A stretch of 64,000 nucleotides of DNA, taken from positions 7,254,001 to 7,318,000 of the forward strand of contig OZ176055.1 in assembly GCA_964247055.1 (NCBI GenBank), written 5' to 3'. The DNA is from Paragordius varius (lineage: Eukaryota; Animalia; Nematomorpha). Each line of letters opens with the position of its first letter. The stretch's first letter is position 1. Below the pieces are notes generated by a model. It was not told the DNA's origin and made no database searches. It was given only the letters and a program-made list of their open reading frames with translations. Below, piece by piece: positions 63,065-64,000 of this stretch. A program made the position numbers and the translations under genes.

Positions 63065-63920
63065 GTGTGAAGGCCCCAAATCGACTAGCGGAAAAAACCG
63101 CTATATAATTTTTACATTTTTATAGGTGTTATTTAAAGACTTTATTGAACTCGTATGGCTTCTTAAGTTTTTTAAAAATTAGCTCCAAAACTACGCCATT
63201 TTTGTATGGAGTCTCGGTTTTAAACCCCTACCCACAGACCTATATGGAAAAAGCGCTAAGTTAAAATCTTTGCCTTTATAGGGAAAATATTTGGAATCAT
63301 CTCTGATACCATCGTCTCCTGGATTATTCGAAAAATACCTCACTAAATAATCATTATATGATGGCATTTTAGGGCATAAAGGCCCCAAATCGCATGACCC
63401 CAATTTTTACCTAGTTACGGTTAATATTTCAAGCCTTTAATGAGCTTATATGGCTTCATAAATTTTCTGTAAATACGCAATTTCTAAATAGTGGCGCAGT
63501 TTTTAGAGGGTAGCTGCTTACTCAGGGGCTAGTATAAAAAGTGTTGGGCAAAATTTTTGCCTTTATATGGGGAACAGCTGCAATTATCATGGATTCCATA
63601 TGTTCCTATAAATTATTGGAAATATTGCTTTAAACTAAAAAAACATTCTATGGTGGCGCATTTTTAAGGGCGTGAAGGGCCTAATTAACGGCTAATTTTT
63701 AAAAACCCCACGACCTAAATTTTTGCCTTGTTATGGGTATTATTTTAAGCACCTATTGAACTCATATGGTCTGATATGTTTTCTGAAATTTAGCTCCAAA
63801 GGCACGGTATTTTGATATGACGAATCGGTTTTAGCGGGTATCTCCTTATCCGGCAGCCAATATAAAAGAAACGCTCGACTAAAATTTTTGCCTTTCAACA
63901 GGGAATACCTGGAATCCTTA
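63065..63920 (+). repeat. Diverged tandem repeat, about 300-bp period, three units
   Basis: aagg.cc.aa at about 63070, 63380, 63675; tga.ct..tatgg at about 63147, 63441, 63757; aaaat.tttgccttt at about 63263, 63550, 63882. Confidence 0.6.
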
Positions 63921-64000
63921 TTAAATTTTTACTGTCTATGCTTCTCTGTGACGTAGTCTAACCGATAATCATTCTTAATAATTTGCAATAAATAGAGGTA

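Overview
Very AT-rich animal genomic DNA; the lineage cannot be fixed from sequence alone. I spliced six protein-coding genes by hand and checked exon phases: TRAM1-like (+, 3406-7666), SECIS-binding protein 2 (-, 14606-10847), ZCCHC9 (+, 16144-17742), Rho-kinase ROCK (+, 25342-47149, 33 exons), a LIV-1-type ZIP transporter (-, 5' end unresolved, stop at 48708) and FAN1 nuclease (-, 60213-54828, one junction unresolved). Introns and intergenic DNA hold decayed RTE-type LINE pieces, a Harbinger element with perfect TIRs and several MITE families. Main surprises: (1) eight ultrashort 22-29 nt GT-AG introns, concentrated at gene 5' ends, coexist with ordinary introns of 54 nt or more; (2) a 1055-bp insertion with a perfect 13-bp direct repeat in ZCCHC9 coding sequence can be spliced out as a new intron; (3) a TIR-bounded element fills almost all the space between the divergent SBP2 and ZCCHC9 start codons; (4) unusual protein variants: a ~60-aa insert in the SBP2 L7Ae domain, an apparently UBZ-less FAN1, and altered ZIP metal-site motifs. 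Comparisons to human proteins are from memory, not database searches. No CRISPR array, rRNA or tRNA was found.
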